This document shows positions 26,101 through 39,000 of a stretch of 64,000 bases of DNA, one piece after another. The DNA lies in the NCBI GenBank assembly GCA_002269645.1, contig NIVC01001533.1, positions 208,877 through 272,876 of the forward strand. Direction: 5' to 3'. The translations under genes and the position numbers were made by a program. Within the stretch, counting starts at the first letter, position 1. Each line of letters begins with the position of its first letter. A model generated the notes under the pieces. That model worked only from the letters and a program-made list of their open reading frames with translations, made no database searches and was not told where the DNA came from. The DNA comes from Macrostomum lignano. Lineage: Eukaryota.

Positions 26101-29100
26101 GAGGAGAGATGATATGAGAGAGAGAGATATAAAAGAAAAAAGAGGAAAGAGGAGAGAGGAGAAAGATGAGAGAAAAGAGATTAAAAAGGAGAGATAATAG
26201 GGAAGAGAAGAGAGGAGATAGAGGGGATAGCAAAGGAAAGAGAAAAGAAGAGGGGAGAGATGAGAGAAAAGATAAGAGATCCCAGAGAGGATATAGGAAA
26301 TAGTAGAAAAAAGAATAGAGATAAGCAAGATGAGAGAGAAAAGAAAAGAATAAAGAATAGAGATAAGCAAGATGAGAGAGAAGAGAAAAGAATAAAGAAT
26401 AGAGATAAGCAAGATAAGAGAGAAGAGAAAAGAATAAAGAGGATAAGAGAATGGGAAAAATAGAAAAGAGATGAAAGGAAAGATAGAAGAGAGGAGACAA
26501 AAAAGATAGAAGTTTCAGAGGAGCCAAAAGACATAGAGATGCAGAGGCAAAAGGCCAGAGTTTGCCTATACAGGCCTTAGACAGACATTGCCTGTCATTG
26601 TTACATTACCAAATTAAATCTCCTTTATTTTGGGGTCAGTCAAACAGTTTCCTTTATTTTACTTTCTCAAAATGTGCCAGCACCCTGCATTTTGTCTATA
26701 TATTTCTTTATTACATTGACATAGATTCCTACTTTTCTGGGCCTATAATCCTATATGTAGTAGGTGGTTGGCCTATATAAAGGAATTTTAGCAAGAGTTA
26801 TTATAATTTATAGTATTGAGATAGAAGGCCTTTATGTTTAATAGATGTAATAGCAGCAAAAATTTGCTGCTTTGCACATTATGCATAGGCCTATTGGTGC
26901 ATGACTAAGACCGCCACATACCAAGATTGCCATAATACTATTATTGGCTCCTAGTATTGAGGGGAGCTACTAATCTTCTAGCATTGCTATTCCTCTTATA
27001 AATTCCTCTCTTGCAGGCTTGTCCTGTTAGCTATCCAGTCCTATCCATTTATCTCTTCTTTAGCACCATTCAATAATACATTGAGCCAAATTCCTCTCTC
27101 AGCTCCTCAAGTGTGGCAGTCTTGGTCCTACACCAGCCTATTTATATTTAAAAAGCAGCACAAGATTGAGGGGCCTATGGAGGTGCAAAAAGGTAGTGTG
27201 ACCATACTTAGGATCATGTCATGTATGCTGGAAATTTCTGGCGCACATTTGGGACAGCTGGCATACACTTGGTGTACAAAATTTTTGAAAGGGTCTTCTG
27301 GCATACACCTTGGCATATATACAATTGGCGCACCCTGCATGGCGCACACACATGGTACACACTGCATGGCGCACATGCATGGCGCACACTGGCTAGAAGA
27401 GACTGCGCCACGGCTACTACGAAAGACAAATCAAAGAATGTAAAGTATGTGAAGCGTGAAATTTTGCACAAAATTTAACAATGATTGTGCAAATATATTG
27501 TAATGACAATATACAACTGTTGCTTTATTTTAAATATTCTCTAAATCGTGTTTTATTTCTCCTTTTTATAATTTATTTTTGAAATTAAAATATAAATCTT
27601 CAAATCCTCAATTTATAATTTTTACTTGCAATTACACAAACATTACAACTTACAATATATTGTGATTAGGATTTAGGACTGGCACACCTGGCGCACTTGT
27701 GCATTTTGCCTAGCATACCTGGCTTCTGGTGCACACATAGCATGATCCTGACTATGGGTGTAATAAACTTTGCCAACCCACTGGCTTAGTGAGCTGGCTA
27801 GCTTGGTGCACCCATCCCACCTTAGCTAGACAGAGATTGGGGGGTTTCAAGTATGGCTATATTGGTGCTTGCCAGTTGCATATAGGCCTATTCTGGCAAA
27901 TTTCTTGAAATAATTCAACAAGTGCTCTAAGAAATCTAGGAATGGTTTTAGTGAACAAGTTTCTATAGTTCAAAAACAAGCTGCAAACAAGTTCAAAAAA
28001 GTTGCTCTCTCCTTATAATGTGCTTCTATTTATACTAAAAAATTACATATTGCCAAATACTTATAACAAATTTTACAACTTGAAAATATTTTGCATATTG
28101 TAACAAAAGGAATATTTATTTAATGCTAATTTGAAAGCAACATTTCCTAGAAACATAATTAATAATCTAAAATGACTTTAAGTGATACTATTAATTAGGT
28201 ATCATAAAATATTGTCTATAGATTCTAAAAACAAGTGGTTACATCTTTAAAATCTAAAATTCAGATTTCATGACTGAATGTCCACTTCTTGTGGAATTTC
28301 CCATATGTTTAATTATTATAATGTTAAATTGCTATTTGGCATTCACTATACATGACTATCAACAATCAAATGGTTTGTAATTTCAATTGGCACCTCCTAG
28401 ACCTAGTTATTTTTGCATCACAGTTTTAGGCATATAATGCCAAATGACATGACGATTTCGACAAAAAAGTCCAATTGATGGAGCGACAGAAAAATATAAT
28501 TAAATGTTTTTTGCACCCTCCCAATTTGCTTTGCCACTCAAGCCACTGCGAGTTCTTGTCACCGGTGCCGCCGGCCAGATTGCCTACTCCCTGCTGTTCC
28601 CCATCGCCAATGGCGACGTGTTCGGCAAGGAGCAGCCTATTGTCCTGGTCATGCTCGACATCCCCCAGATGGTTGGCATCCTTGAGGGCGTCTGCATGGA
28701 GCTGCAGGATTGCGCTCTGCCTCTCCTCAAGGAGGTGATCGCCACCGACAAGGAGGAAGTGGCCTTCAAGGATCTGGATTACGCCCTGCTGGTTGGCGCC
28801 ATGCCCCGCCGCGAGGGCATGGAGCGCAAAGATCTGCTCAAGGCCAACGTCAAGATCTTTCAATCGCAGGGTCGTGCGCTGGACCAGTATGCTAAGAAGA
28901 CCTGCAAGGTGAGCGGGATTCTTTTACCCTAGCAACTAATTTTTACTATGCCATTTTCTGCACTGTGAACTATCCAGGTTGTGAAGAGAAACCCTACAGT
29001 GGAATTTCGTTTCTTAGAAAACACATCCCATCTCCATAGTGTATTTTTCGCGCACACCCAAGCGTCCGAAGGTTTTCTAAGAAACAAGATTACGGATCTG

Positions 29101-31568
29101 TCTACGTAAGTAATTTTCGATTAAATCACGGCTAATTAAATTACTTGGGAACAAAATATAGAGCCCATATAACGCCGCAGACTATAATTTAGCGCCACAG
29201 GCTAGATTTTAGCGCCACAGGCTAGATTTTAGCGCCACAGGCTAGATTTTAGCGCCGCAGACTATAATTTAGCGCCACAGGCTAGATTTTAGCGCCACAG
29301 ACTAGATTTTAGCGCCACAGGCTTGATTTTAGCGCCACACGCTAGATTTTAGCGCCACAGGCTTGATTTTAGCGCCACACGCTAGATTTTAGCGCCACAG
29401 GCTAGATTTTAGCGCCACAGGCTAGATTTTAGCGTACATGCTAGATTTTAGCGCTACAGGCTAGATTTTAGCGCCACAGGCTAGATTTTAGCGCTACAGT
29501 CTAGATTTTAGCGTCACAGACTAGACTTAAGCGCCACAGGCTAAATTTTTAGCGCCAATTTAGCGCTTTAGATTGAAAACTTTAATGGTCAGATCTCTTT
29601 TGGAGGGGTCATGACCCTCTCCGGGCTACGCCAATGTTACCATTCCAAAATCTCGCAGGTGGTGGTTGTTGGCAACCCGGCCAACACCAACGCCCTGATC
29701 TGCAGCAAATTCGCGCCCAGCATCCCGGCTAAGAATTTCTCGGCCCTGACTAGGCTGGATCAGAACCGCGCCCGCGCCCAGATCGCCGCCTATTTGGGCC
29801 TGCCCTGCAACAGCGTCAGCCGCACTGTCATCTGGGGCAACCATTCCAACACGCAGTTCCCCGACGCTAGCAACGGCGTTGTTCGCGGCCTCGACGGCGT
29901 CGAGAAGTCTGTCTATGACGCTGTGGCTAATGAGGAATGGCTGAAGGGCAAGTTTCTAACTACCGTGCAGCAGCGCGGCGCCGCCGTTATCAAGGTAAAT
30001 CTATTATTTTATTGCATAGCAACTGCCTGTTTTAGGCGTATACTAAATACTATACCTCATACATGCGCAACAGTCGGCCGATCCGGCCGACCGATTTGGC
30101 GGCCAACCAAGGAAGTCGCAAAAATGCCCACCCAAAAAAACACCAAAGTAGTAGTACTAAGTAGCTGACGAGGCATTGCGGCTTAATAAGACAGTCATAG
30201 TTACTCCTGCCGTTTACCCAAAGTTGCGTTAATTTTGCTTTTGGGTTTTTTACATGTAAGTCGCATTTTGGCCAAAAACTACGTCGCATTTTTGTTAAAA
30301 CTAAGTCGCACGGCCGACCGAATTTTGGAGGTTGCGCATGTATGCTATACCTCAACTACATACATAGACTCCGTTACTCAATAGCGTGTCTCTATAATAC
30401 TTTCAGTAGCTCTCTAAAGTTTCAGAGTCTAGCTGTCATTGCTAAGTCGACGAAAAGAAACGTGCATAGAGTAGATAAAAACGGAGCATCTCAATTCATG
30501 CGGGTTTTTCGTAGTTTAGCGTCAAACTGTGAATAGTTGATCGACTTTTCAGTGATTCAGTTTGCAAAATTTATAGGTTACGCTAAGACCATGTACCCTG
30601 TTTTATCTTTAAGACTAGTTTACAGAAAACTCTAGTAATATTCAGCTTTTAGTTTCCCCTAAGAAATTAGGCTGACGTTATCTTTTTTCTTGTCTGCGTT
30701 GTTTCTCTTAAGATAACTGTTTTAGTGGTAACACCGCTTCTTCGGTTTAATCTTTGATAGTGTATGTGTGTGTGTGTGCATTGCATGTTTCAGTATGATT
30801 TCGCATGTCCTAGCTCTGACGGTCAACTTTTAAACTCTTAAATAAGCCTTGAAAAGACCGATTGTTGTAGCTTTCCAGCCAAGAAGGAAGCCTTTTGTCT
30901 ATACGAAGGCTTTGACTGTACAATACATTGTTACTTATGTTGCATATGATTGATCAGCTGGTTGCTCACCATACTACTCTGGGAAAGGCTCTGGAAGAAC
31001 ACAAGCTTGTCTCGCGCTCAGTAACTAAGGCGTTTTTGTTTAGGCTGTGTGCGCCCTGGCGGCATTACTGCCCATTCCGCCGACTCCCCTGAACAGGCAC
31101 ACACGTATGCAGTCATACGCATAGCCTCAGGAGTGTACAGCTGCTTCCTAACTTTATTTATCGGAAAATTTATTTGGCTGCACTGGGAATCGAGCCTTGA
31201 CCGCTGGCACATCAGAGCGCCGCGCCAGACTACTGGCCCCCTAATTAATAAATTACTATATTGTTATTTCTCAGGCCCGCAAGCTCAGCAGCGCCATGTC
31301 GGCCGCCAAAGCTATCTGCGACCACGCCCGCGACTGGCATTTCGGCACGCCGGCCAGCGACTTCGTTAGCATGGCCGTCATCTCCGACGGAAACGGCTAC
31401 GGTGTGCAGAATAACCTGATGTACAGCTTCCCGCTGACTATTAGCAACGGCGAGTGGCGCATCGTTGAGGGCTTGAATCTCAACGACTGGGCTAAGGAGA
31501 AGCTGAAGGCTACGGAGGCTGAGCTGATCGAGGAGCGTGACACCGCGCTCAGCGTGTGCGAGGCTTGA
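23134..31568 (+). CDS. MDH1: Cytosolic malate dehydrogenase, 334 aa, 4 exons
   Basis: Exons 23134-23142 (ATG GCT CAG|gtatgt, inferred), 28543-28908, 29659-29994, 31275-31568. Motifs: [78 protein letters not shown]. Phases are consistent; exon 1 is less certain than the others. Confidence 0.93.
23201..23460. mobile_element. MITE-like element in MDH1 intron 1
   Basis: Termini GAGCCTTTTCATATT and AATATGAAAAGGCCC are inverted; subterminal TTCCAGAACCAGAA / TTCTGGTTCTGGAA are also inverted; AGA flanks both ends (possible 3-bp TSD). Confidence 0.65.
24200..24900. repeat. Four near-identical 178-bp tandem units
   Basis: TTCCC(G/A)TAAGG recurs at 24200, 24378, 24556 and 24734. Confidence 0.95.
25900..26530. 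repeat. GA-rich low-complexity tract
   Basis: Almost pure purine on the plus strand. Confidence 0.85.
29173..29567. repeat. 20-bp minisatellite (TTTAGCGCCACAGGCTAGAT)n in MDH1 intron 2
   Basis: About 19 units. Confidence 0.95.
30058..30344 (+). mobile_element. Non-autonomous DNA transposon, 287 bp, 14-bp TIR and 8-bp TSD
   Basis: CATACATGCGCAAC at 30058-30071 and GTTGCGCATGTATG at 30331-30344; CTATACCT duplicated at 30050-30057 and 30345-30352. Confidence 0.92.
31043..31238 (-). mobile_element. SINE family B (tRNA-like head) in MDH1 intron 3
   Basis: Shares GGAATCGAGCC..G..CGCTGGCACATCAGAGCGCCGCGC.AGAC.ACT and GCAGTCATACGCA with 42075-42314; the minus strand has A-box-like and B-box-like (GGCTCGATTCC) motifs. 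Confidence 0.65.
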
Positions 31569-31696
31569 ACTATCTTCTAGCTGTTGTTGGCTGAATGTCA
31601 ACTAGGATTGAGACTAAGACAATGCCCCTCCCCTAGTAAACTGTTCTGTCGTGTGTCCTTAGTTGTCTCCCCTCTAGGTACATGCATTATACTCGT

Positions 31697-31702
31697 AATA
31701 AA
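31697..31702 (+). promoter_or_regulatory. Candidate MDH1 polyadenylation signal AATAAA
   Basis: First AATAAA after the MDH1 stop, about 130 nt downstream. Confidence 0.45.
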
Positions 31703-33010
31703 TAGGAAATTGGTGTTCCGAAATTCTCTTAAGTGTATTTCAATTTGGCTGCAACTGAAGCTCTCTTTGTCGCGTCGGTCGGAACAGCCGGTTCCTCCCA
31801 TTGCCCAGCGGCAGTAGTGGGTTAGCTTTTAATTAGCTCTTGGTTGTCGCGATTGTTCAGATTGCTTCAACACAGTTTAAATTTAACTTGGTAGTGTGGC
31901 ATCGTTTAGTTTAGACTGACTGCATATGTATTGATTATATTTAACTCCCCAGAATTGCCTAGTAGATAGACTGTGTTTCCATCCTTTGTTACTCGCTTAA
32001 TAACAGTTGAAGCAAATCGTTATCTGAAGATCTGCTTCTATCCACCACAATAATATAATATTCTTTTTCAATAGTTAATGCACTATAATGCTATTATTTC
32101 TTAATTCAAGAATAACCCCGTGACACTGGTAGTTTCCCTAATGTGTTTTTAGTTTCTACCAGTTTAATAGCCTATGAAGCTCAATTTTTAATTAGCACTA
32201 TAGAATCTTTGTTCTGCAACTCCAAGTCCCAGACTAAAATTGTGCATCTAATGAGCTATTGCTATAGGAAAAATAAATCTTGAAAGTTAGAAAAAACGTA
32301 GTGTTTCGTTCGAGTCTTATTAGTTGCCCCTAAATGTGATTAATAACCGTTCATTGTTACAATTTTCTTTTCCGCGTGCGGAATAAAAACATGCTGATGC
32401 TGAGCGCATTCGTCCTTCGCATCGCGTAAGTCCGGATCACATCTAGATGCTACAATACTAAGTAATCAAGTATCGCGACTTATTGCACCTGCAGTTTAAT
32501 GGTCCTAAAGTTATTGGGGTGATATAGCCAGTTATATCATCTATCGTTAGTCACATAGCCAGCCAGACGGTTGATTCTTGATGGGGCAAGCCCAGGGCGC
32601 CAGCATCAAAGAGCGTTACAGCTGCTCATTGATCATTAAGATCTATGATTTCTTTTAAAAGCAGTATTGTTTGAACAATTGCAACTACTCTTTCGTTTGA
32701 ATACATCGTTACTTGCATTAAGAAAATGTAGAACCGGAACTGAATTCGTTACACACTTGCTTGTACGTGTGGTCAATAAAGTATTAAACCCGAAAATACA
32801 AAGCAATGGCGTTTAGTTAATCAGAAATATGTTTATAATTTGTTTAATATTATAATTTTATTATAACCGTTTTTGTTTTTAAAAGGCCGTAACGAGTTTT
32901 TAAATAACGTCAAGTCTTAAATTTCAAGTCGCGCGGCGGTGAGGTCCCACAAACGCATTGTGTAGTTTTTTTGTGTTTTAGTATATTTTTTTAATTGTTG
33001 CTCAAGACAT

Positions 33011-33023
33011 ATCTTATTTTTAG
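33011..33023 (+). promoter_or_regulatory. Candidate 3' splice / SL trans-splice acceptor 13 nt upstream of the ATAD3 ATG
   Basis: ATCTTATTTTTAG|TGAAATTTTTGGA-ATG. Confidence 0.45.
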
Positions 33024-33036
33024 TGAAATTTTTGGA

Positions 33037-36000
33037 ATGTCTTGGATTTTTGGTGGTGGATCTAAACCGCCACAGGGGAGCAACAATGCACCTCAACAAC
33101 AAAATGCACAGAACCAAGGCCAAGGAGCAAAGTCGTCCAAAACAACAATACCAACTGATAGTGGTTACAGTTTTGATTCTGAGGCTTTGGAAAGAGCGGC
33201 TAAGGCAGCTAAAGAATTGGAACACTCTAGTAAGTTTTTAGCTTTTGATTTGTTTGACAATGTAATGTAACTTTGTAAAAGACACTAGGCCTATTGCCAT
33301 TGGTCCTTAGGGTGTCTAGCTCTAGAGTCTAGCTTACTAAACTCTACTAAACTCTTGAATTTTATATGCATTCTAATTTCTATACTTAGAGGCAAGCTAT
33401 CTATTTTCCATTTATTCTTATAATTTTGTTAGTTGTGGCTTCAAAAAGTTTTTATTTGTATATTGTTATTGTCCTAAATTAATTTTGTCTTATATAATTT
33501 AGGCCCTATGCTTTTCTTTAGATGTTATAATTGGAAGTGCTTATCCCAATGGTCCCGTGCCGATAATTCCAATTTTATCCACATGGAACTGTGTCAATAA
33601 TTTTCAGCTTATCCCCATAGCTAAGATTGTGCAGTTGTTTGTGTTTAGTTTTGTGTACTGATATTAAATCAATATTGTCATTATTATTAGCAATATTATC
33701 ATTATTACTATATAAAGTTATTTTGCAAGTTGAATTTTGCAAGTCTCATTCGCCTTGATCTTTAGGTCGTTCAGGGGTGGACTGAGGGGGGAGGGCAAGG
33801 GAGCCATGGGATGGCCCCCCCTCAGCTCTGCCACAAAATCCTCAGATGTATTGGTATCATGCTGTATTGGTATCATGGTACCCTAATTGCAGCTTTGGCC
33901 TAACTAGACAAGAGGCTTGCCCCTCAATAAAATCCTGGGTCCATCCTTGAGGTCATTTAGTTGTTCTAAGTAAAATTGGCAGCTAAGCAAACATACATGC
34001 GCAACTTCTGAAATTACGCTGGCCGTGCGACTTAGTTTTCGATAAAAAAAATGCGACTTACCTATAAAAGAGCCAAGCAAAAACTTTAGGTAAACGGCAG
34101 AAGTAACTATGACCATATTTTTAAAGCTAAATGCCTCGCCAGCTAATTAGTGCTGCGTGCAGATTCCGCGTTTTTATAACAGCTAATCAGTATGTCATCT
34201 AGTGGCGGCATGAAGCAATTAGTAAATTGTCAGTACAGTGTAGTGAGCATACTACAAAAGTCATGATTCATGAATGTCCAGAAGTAAGTGAAGTGAATAC
34301 AGTGTGACCTATAGCTCAAGAACGATTTGCTAGACGATTTGGCATGGAAGATGAGAGCCCTGATTCAGATGGCTCATCAGATGCAGAATACGAATCCAGT
34401 AGAGATACAAGCTGTGAAAACCCACAGATTTTTAAACCACTGAATTCTAATTCCCGGAACTATTTTTGCATAGATTCTAAATTTGAAGTCATGCTCAAAC
34501 AAAAACTTGTTAACAGTTAGGAAAAAGGCAAAGATGGGAGAAATGCATGTTAAACTAAGAGTTGAGGCCTTTGCAAATTCTCTCCATTCCTCAATCTTCT
34601 CATCCTCTTTTTCTTTTCTCTCTCATCCCTTATCCCTTCTCTCTTTCCTCTCCTCTCTCCTCTCCTCTCCTATCTCTTCTGTCTCCTCTCTATTTTCTTA
34701 TCTCTCCTCTTGTCTCTCTCCATTCTACTCTACTCTCTCATCTTATCTCTCCTCTCTTTTCTACTCTCTCATCTCTCCTCTCTTCACTCTCCTCTCATCT
34801 CCTCTTTATCCTCTCTTCTCTCATCTACTCTCTCCTTTTTCCTCTTTCCTCTCTTCTGATCTCATCCATCATCTTTTCTTTCCTCTTTCCTCTTATCTCC
34901 TCTTCTCTCTCATCTCTTTTTCCTCCCTCAGCTTTTCTCTCCTCTTCTATCTTTTCTCCCATCGCATCGCTCGCCTCTCCTCTGCTTATCTCTAATCTTC
35001 TATTCCCTCTACTTTGAAGTAAGAAAATATGCACATATTTTTGCTGAAGATAAGAGGAGAGAAGAGGGCATTGAGGAGAAAGGGTAGAGAGAAAGGGGGA
35101 GAAGAGAGGAGAGTAAAAATGAGAGGAGAGAGAAGAGGGAAAAGGGGGGAGAGAGAGAAGAGGGGAGGCAAGGTAGAGAAGAAGAGAGAGATGAGAGTTG
35201 AAGAGACACCAACCTAAGTAATGTTACCAACCTTAAGAAAGTAGTGTTACTTTTGCTTGGTGTGGACGTATGGACAGTCACACTTGCATGTGCTTGGTGT
35301 CATTTGAAAGCGGCAAGTCTCTTCTTTAAAATGACACCAATTGCAAGAGATTTGAATCCGCGCTTCAAGAGACATGGACGATTAAGTAGAGAAAGGTCAG
35401 TCATAGACTCACAGAACCCCAAAAATGTCAACAGAAAACTTTTATCACGAGCGTAATTACTCCAGAAAAAACAAAAAACACAACAGTACAGTACAGAAGC
35501 AGGTGAAACAGATAACAAGCAAATTATCACACAAGCGAACAACATTAAAATCATTCATTGGTTGGCAGACTTGTCATCTTGCTGACAGCATGGTCGCCAT
35601 GAGCTGTGCAAAGTTGCCTGTGGATGTCAGCCGATTTGGTTCCGGAGCTCCAAAGTGTAAAGATGGCATGTCGCTGCCCAGTCTTTGAATGCACATCCAT
35701 TTGCAGTTCACAATTGAAAATTGAATGTCAATAAACTTTGCAGGCGCAGCAGAAGCAGTTGTACAAGTCTCGTAGTTTTATGAGACAGCCCCTCTCGTTC
35801 ACTGCATCACATTTGGCCATAGACAGCCCATGATTACAAAAAAATCGATAAAATCGTAAAAGTTTTCTGTTGACATTTTTGAGGTTCTGTAAGTCTATGA
35901 CTGACCTTTCTCTACTTAATCGTCCATATCTCTTGAAGCACAGATTCAAATCTCTTGCAATTGGTGTCATTTTAAAGAAGAGACTTGCCGCTTTCAAATG

Positions 36001-39000
36001 ACACTAAGCACATGCAAGTGTGACTTTCCATACGTCCACGCCAAGCAAAAGTAACACTACTTTCCGGACGCCCCTCGTGGTCAGGAAGTTTCAAAGAACC
36101 CGAGGGGCAAGGGCCAGATAGAGGGGCTTCGCGAGCCGGAGTTTGCCAACCCCTGCTCCAGAGTTTAAGAAATCAATGGGAAACTGTTGATGCGGGCTTC
36201 TGATTTCAAAGATCTTGTCTGTTGTTGAAGGCTTCTATTCTGTTTTTGCTCTCCTGCCACACTTGCACCTACTACCCCCCTGATTGCCTTTGATTGTGAC
36301 TTACTTCCCTCTTATTGCGACTTAGTTGCTTCTTTTTGCGACTTACCTAACCCTTTTGCGACTTACCTAATCCTTTTTGTGACTTACCTAACCCTTTTGC
36401 GACTTACCTAATCCTTTTGCGACTTACCTGATCCTTTTTGCGACTTACCTGATCCTTTTTGCGACTTACCTGATCCTTTTTGCGACTTACCTAATCCTTT
36501 TGCGACTTACCTGATCCTTTTTGCGACTTACCTAACCCTTTTGCGACTTACCTGATCCTTTTTGCGACTTACCTGATCCTTTTTGCGACTTACCTAACCC
36601 TTTTGCGACTTACCTGATCCTTTTTGCGACTTACCTAACCCTTTTGCGACTTACCTGATCCTTTTTGCGACTTACCTGATTATTTTTACAACTTAGTTTG
36701 CTTCTTTTGCGAATTGTTTTTCTTTTGCTTCACGATTTTCCCTGAACTGCTCTTTTTTCGCTTTCCTCTTGCCTTTCTTGGTTCTTGTGTTTTTCTGTTT
36801 TTGGTTGACTCAATTTTGCGACTTACCCCTGGTCAGCCACGATTTACAGTGGCCGGATCGGCCAGGTCGGCCAGCAGTTGCGCATGTATGTAAGCAAATA
36901 TTTAAAATTAACCCTTTTAATGATGAAAAGTTTTAACAAAGTACTCAATACTATTCAGTATTTAATACATGTAGTTTATTTAGAAGATTTGTAAAATAGT
37001 GAAAACAAAAAGACAATTTTTGAACAGATTCATTTTAAGGTTCTTTATTTTAATAAGTTGTTGTAGGGATAAGCTAGAAATTATCAACATAGATCTGTGT
37101 GGATAATATTGGAATTATTGGCATGGGGCCGTAGATCTTGGGATTTTCAGACTTTATATTTGAGCTTATAGGTATGCTATAATCATTGATATACAACTCT
37201 GGATCTAGATTGTGTAATAGTATATGCTGGAACAAGAATCCTATCTTAGCTAAATATATGCCAATATATGCTGAAACAAAAAAAATCCCTAAAATGTATG
37301 CCAAAAATTTCTCCTGAAAAGGTCATTTGATTTTCACAAATGGAAGTTTCCTAAGAAAGGCTTTTGTACAAAAAGTCTTTAAAATATTACAAATATTTTC
37401 ATTTTAAACAAATTTAAATTAAACCTATAAAAATGGTAATGCAAAATTTATGTTTTAGCAATCATTTATACAATTCCATACTCTCTTGGCTATGGCTAGT
37501 GTCAGTGTCGGTTCTGTCTTTAGTTTTTTATTTTCAATCTTTACAAAGCAAAGTTTATTACTGACTTTCTAGACCATACAAATTTTCCTTTATTTTATGT
37601 AAAAACATTAATTTACCTTATAATTTTCATGCATGACATGAATGTATTCACCAAAATTAGTACCACAAAAAATTGGCATGAAATTGTGCACCAATTTTTA
37701 AAAGGGTCATTTGTATGCTGGAATTTTCTGGCGTAATGTAACCTTCCAGAGTCTGGTATACAACTTATGTTCTATAGGGCTCTCTCATAAGTAAATGATG
37801 GCTTAGAGGATATATCAGTTGCCTTATGGTTGCATATAACAAGATTCAAATCCTAGATGGCTGCAGTTTTTTTAATTTGAATTTTTTTAATGAATAGAAT
37901 TTTTGCATCTTGAACTTTTTAAGTTTTTTAATTAAAATACTAAATAATAAATTAAATTACATTAATTTTTTAATTAGAGTAATAATAAATCTTAAAGAGT
38001 GGCCATAATTATATATATAGCAACTAAAAAATAAATATTTTTTTCAATAAGTATTGGCCACTCTTTGTTATGAGTTAAACATTATATAGCCTTACTAAAG
38101 CTAGGGGTATAGGGGTGGCAAGCCCCCTCCCCCCACTAGCCTTACTAAAGCCAATGATATTTGTAGTGACATTCTCTACCTAAGAAGGCAACAACTAAAC
38201 TAAATATAGTCCAATAAGCTTCTTAGTTATTAATATTTAGGCTAAATACATAACAATAAAAACACAATACCCATCATCCCACCTTGAAGACAACAAAAAA
38301 GGGGCTTATCCTCAATTTGCTGAATCCCAATTTGCCGATTCCTAGCTTGCCGAACCCCAATTTGCCGATACCTGGTTTGCCAAAATTCCCAAGTTGCCAA
38401 TTCCCAATTTGCCAAAATTCTTGATTTGCCAAAATTACTTATTTGCCAAAATTCCTCATTTGCTGAATCCCAATTTGCCAATTTCCTGATTTGCCAAATT
38501 TGCCAATTCCTGGTTTGTCAGAATTCCTGATTTGCTAAAATTCCTGATTTGCCAAATTTACTATTCTTAACTATTAGTAGAGATAGTATTAGTATTAGTA
38601 AGTCACTTTAGAAATAGTAGAGTAAATGATAACAAGCAAAAATATACAAAAAGTTTGAACAAAGAATGGCCTATCTATTATCTAGCACAGGTCATAGGCA
38701 TTACCAAAGATTCGACATAATATAAATTGGCTAAATAGTGAATTCAGGCAAATCAGGAAATTGGCAAGTCAGGATTTGGCAAATGAGGAATTTTGGCAAA
38801 TTAGGAATTTTGGCAAATTAGGAATTTTGGCAAATTAGGAATTTTGGCAAATTAGGAATTTTGGCAAATTAGGAATTGGTGACTTGGGAATTTCAGTGAA
38901 CCAGGAATTGGCTAATTGGGATTCAGTGAGCTAGGAATTGGCAAATTGGGGGTTAACCAAAATAGGCTAGTAGGGGGGCTAGCCACATCCTACATCCCTG

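Larger units (their letters stand above)
33992..36890 (-). mobile_element. 2.9-kb member of the same TIR family as 30058-30344, carrying internal cargo
   Basis: CATACATGCGCAAC at 33992 and GTTGCGCATGTATG at 36877-36890; TAAGCAAA duplicated at 33984-33991 and 36891-36898. The termini match the 287-bp copy in inverted orientation. Confidence 0.9.

Noticed and set aside
28504-28542. ATG 28504 as MDH1 start ([13 protein letters not shown])
   Set aside because: The sequence is a polypyrimidine tract ending in an AG acceptor, and the upstream micro-exon gives the canonical length
31566-31580. MDH1 stop-codon readthrough to a peroxisomal isoform as in vertebrates
   Set aside because: Context is TGA ACT, not TGA CTA; the extension would be only TIF-stop, with no PTS1
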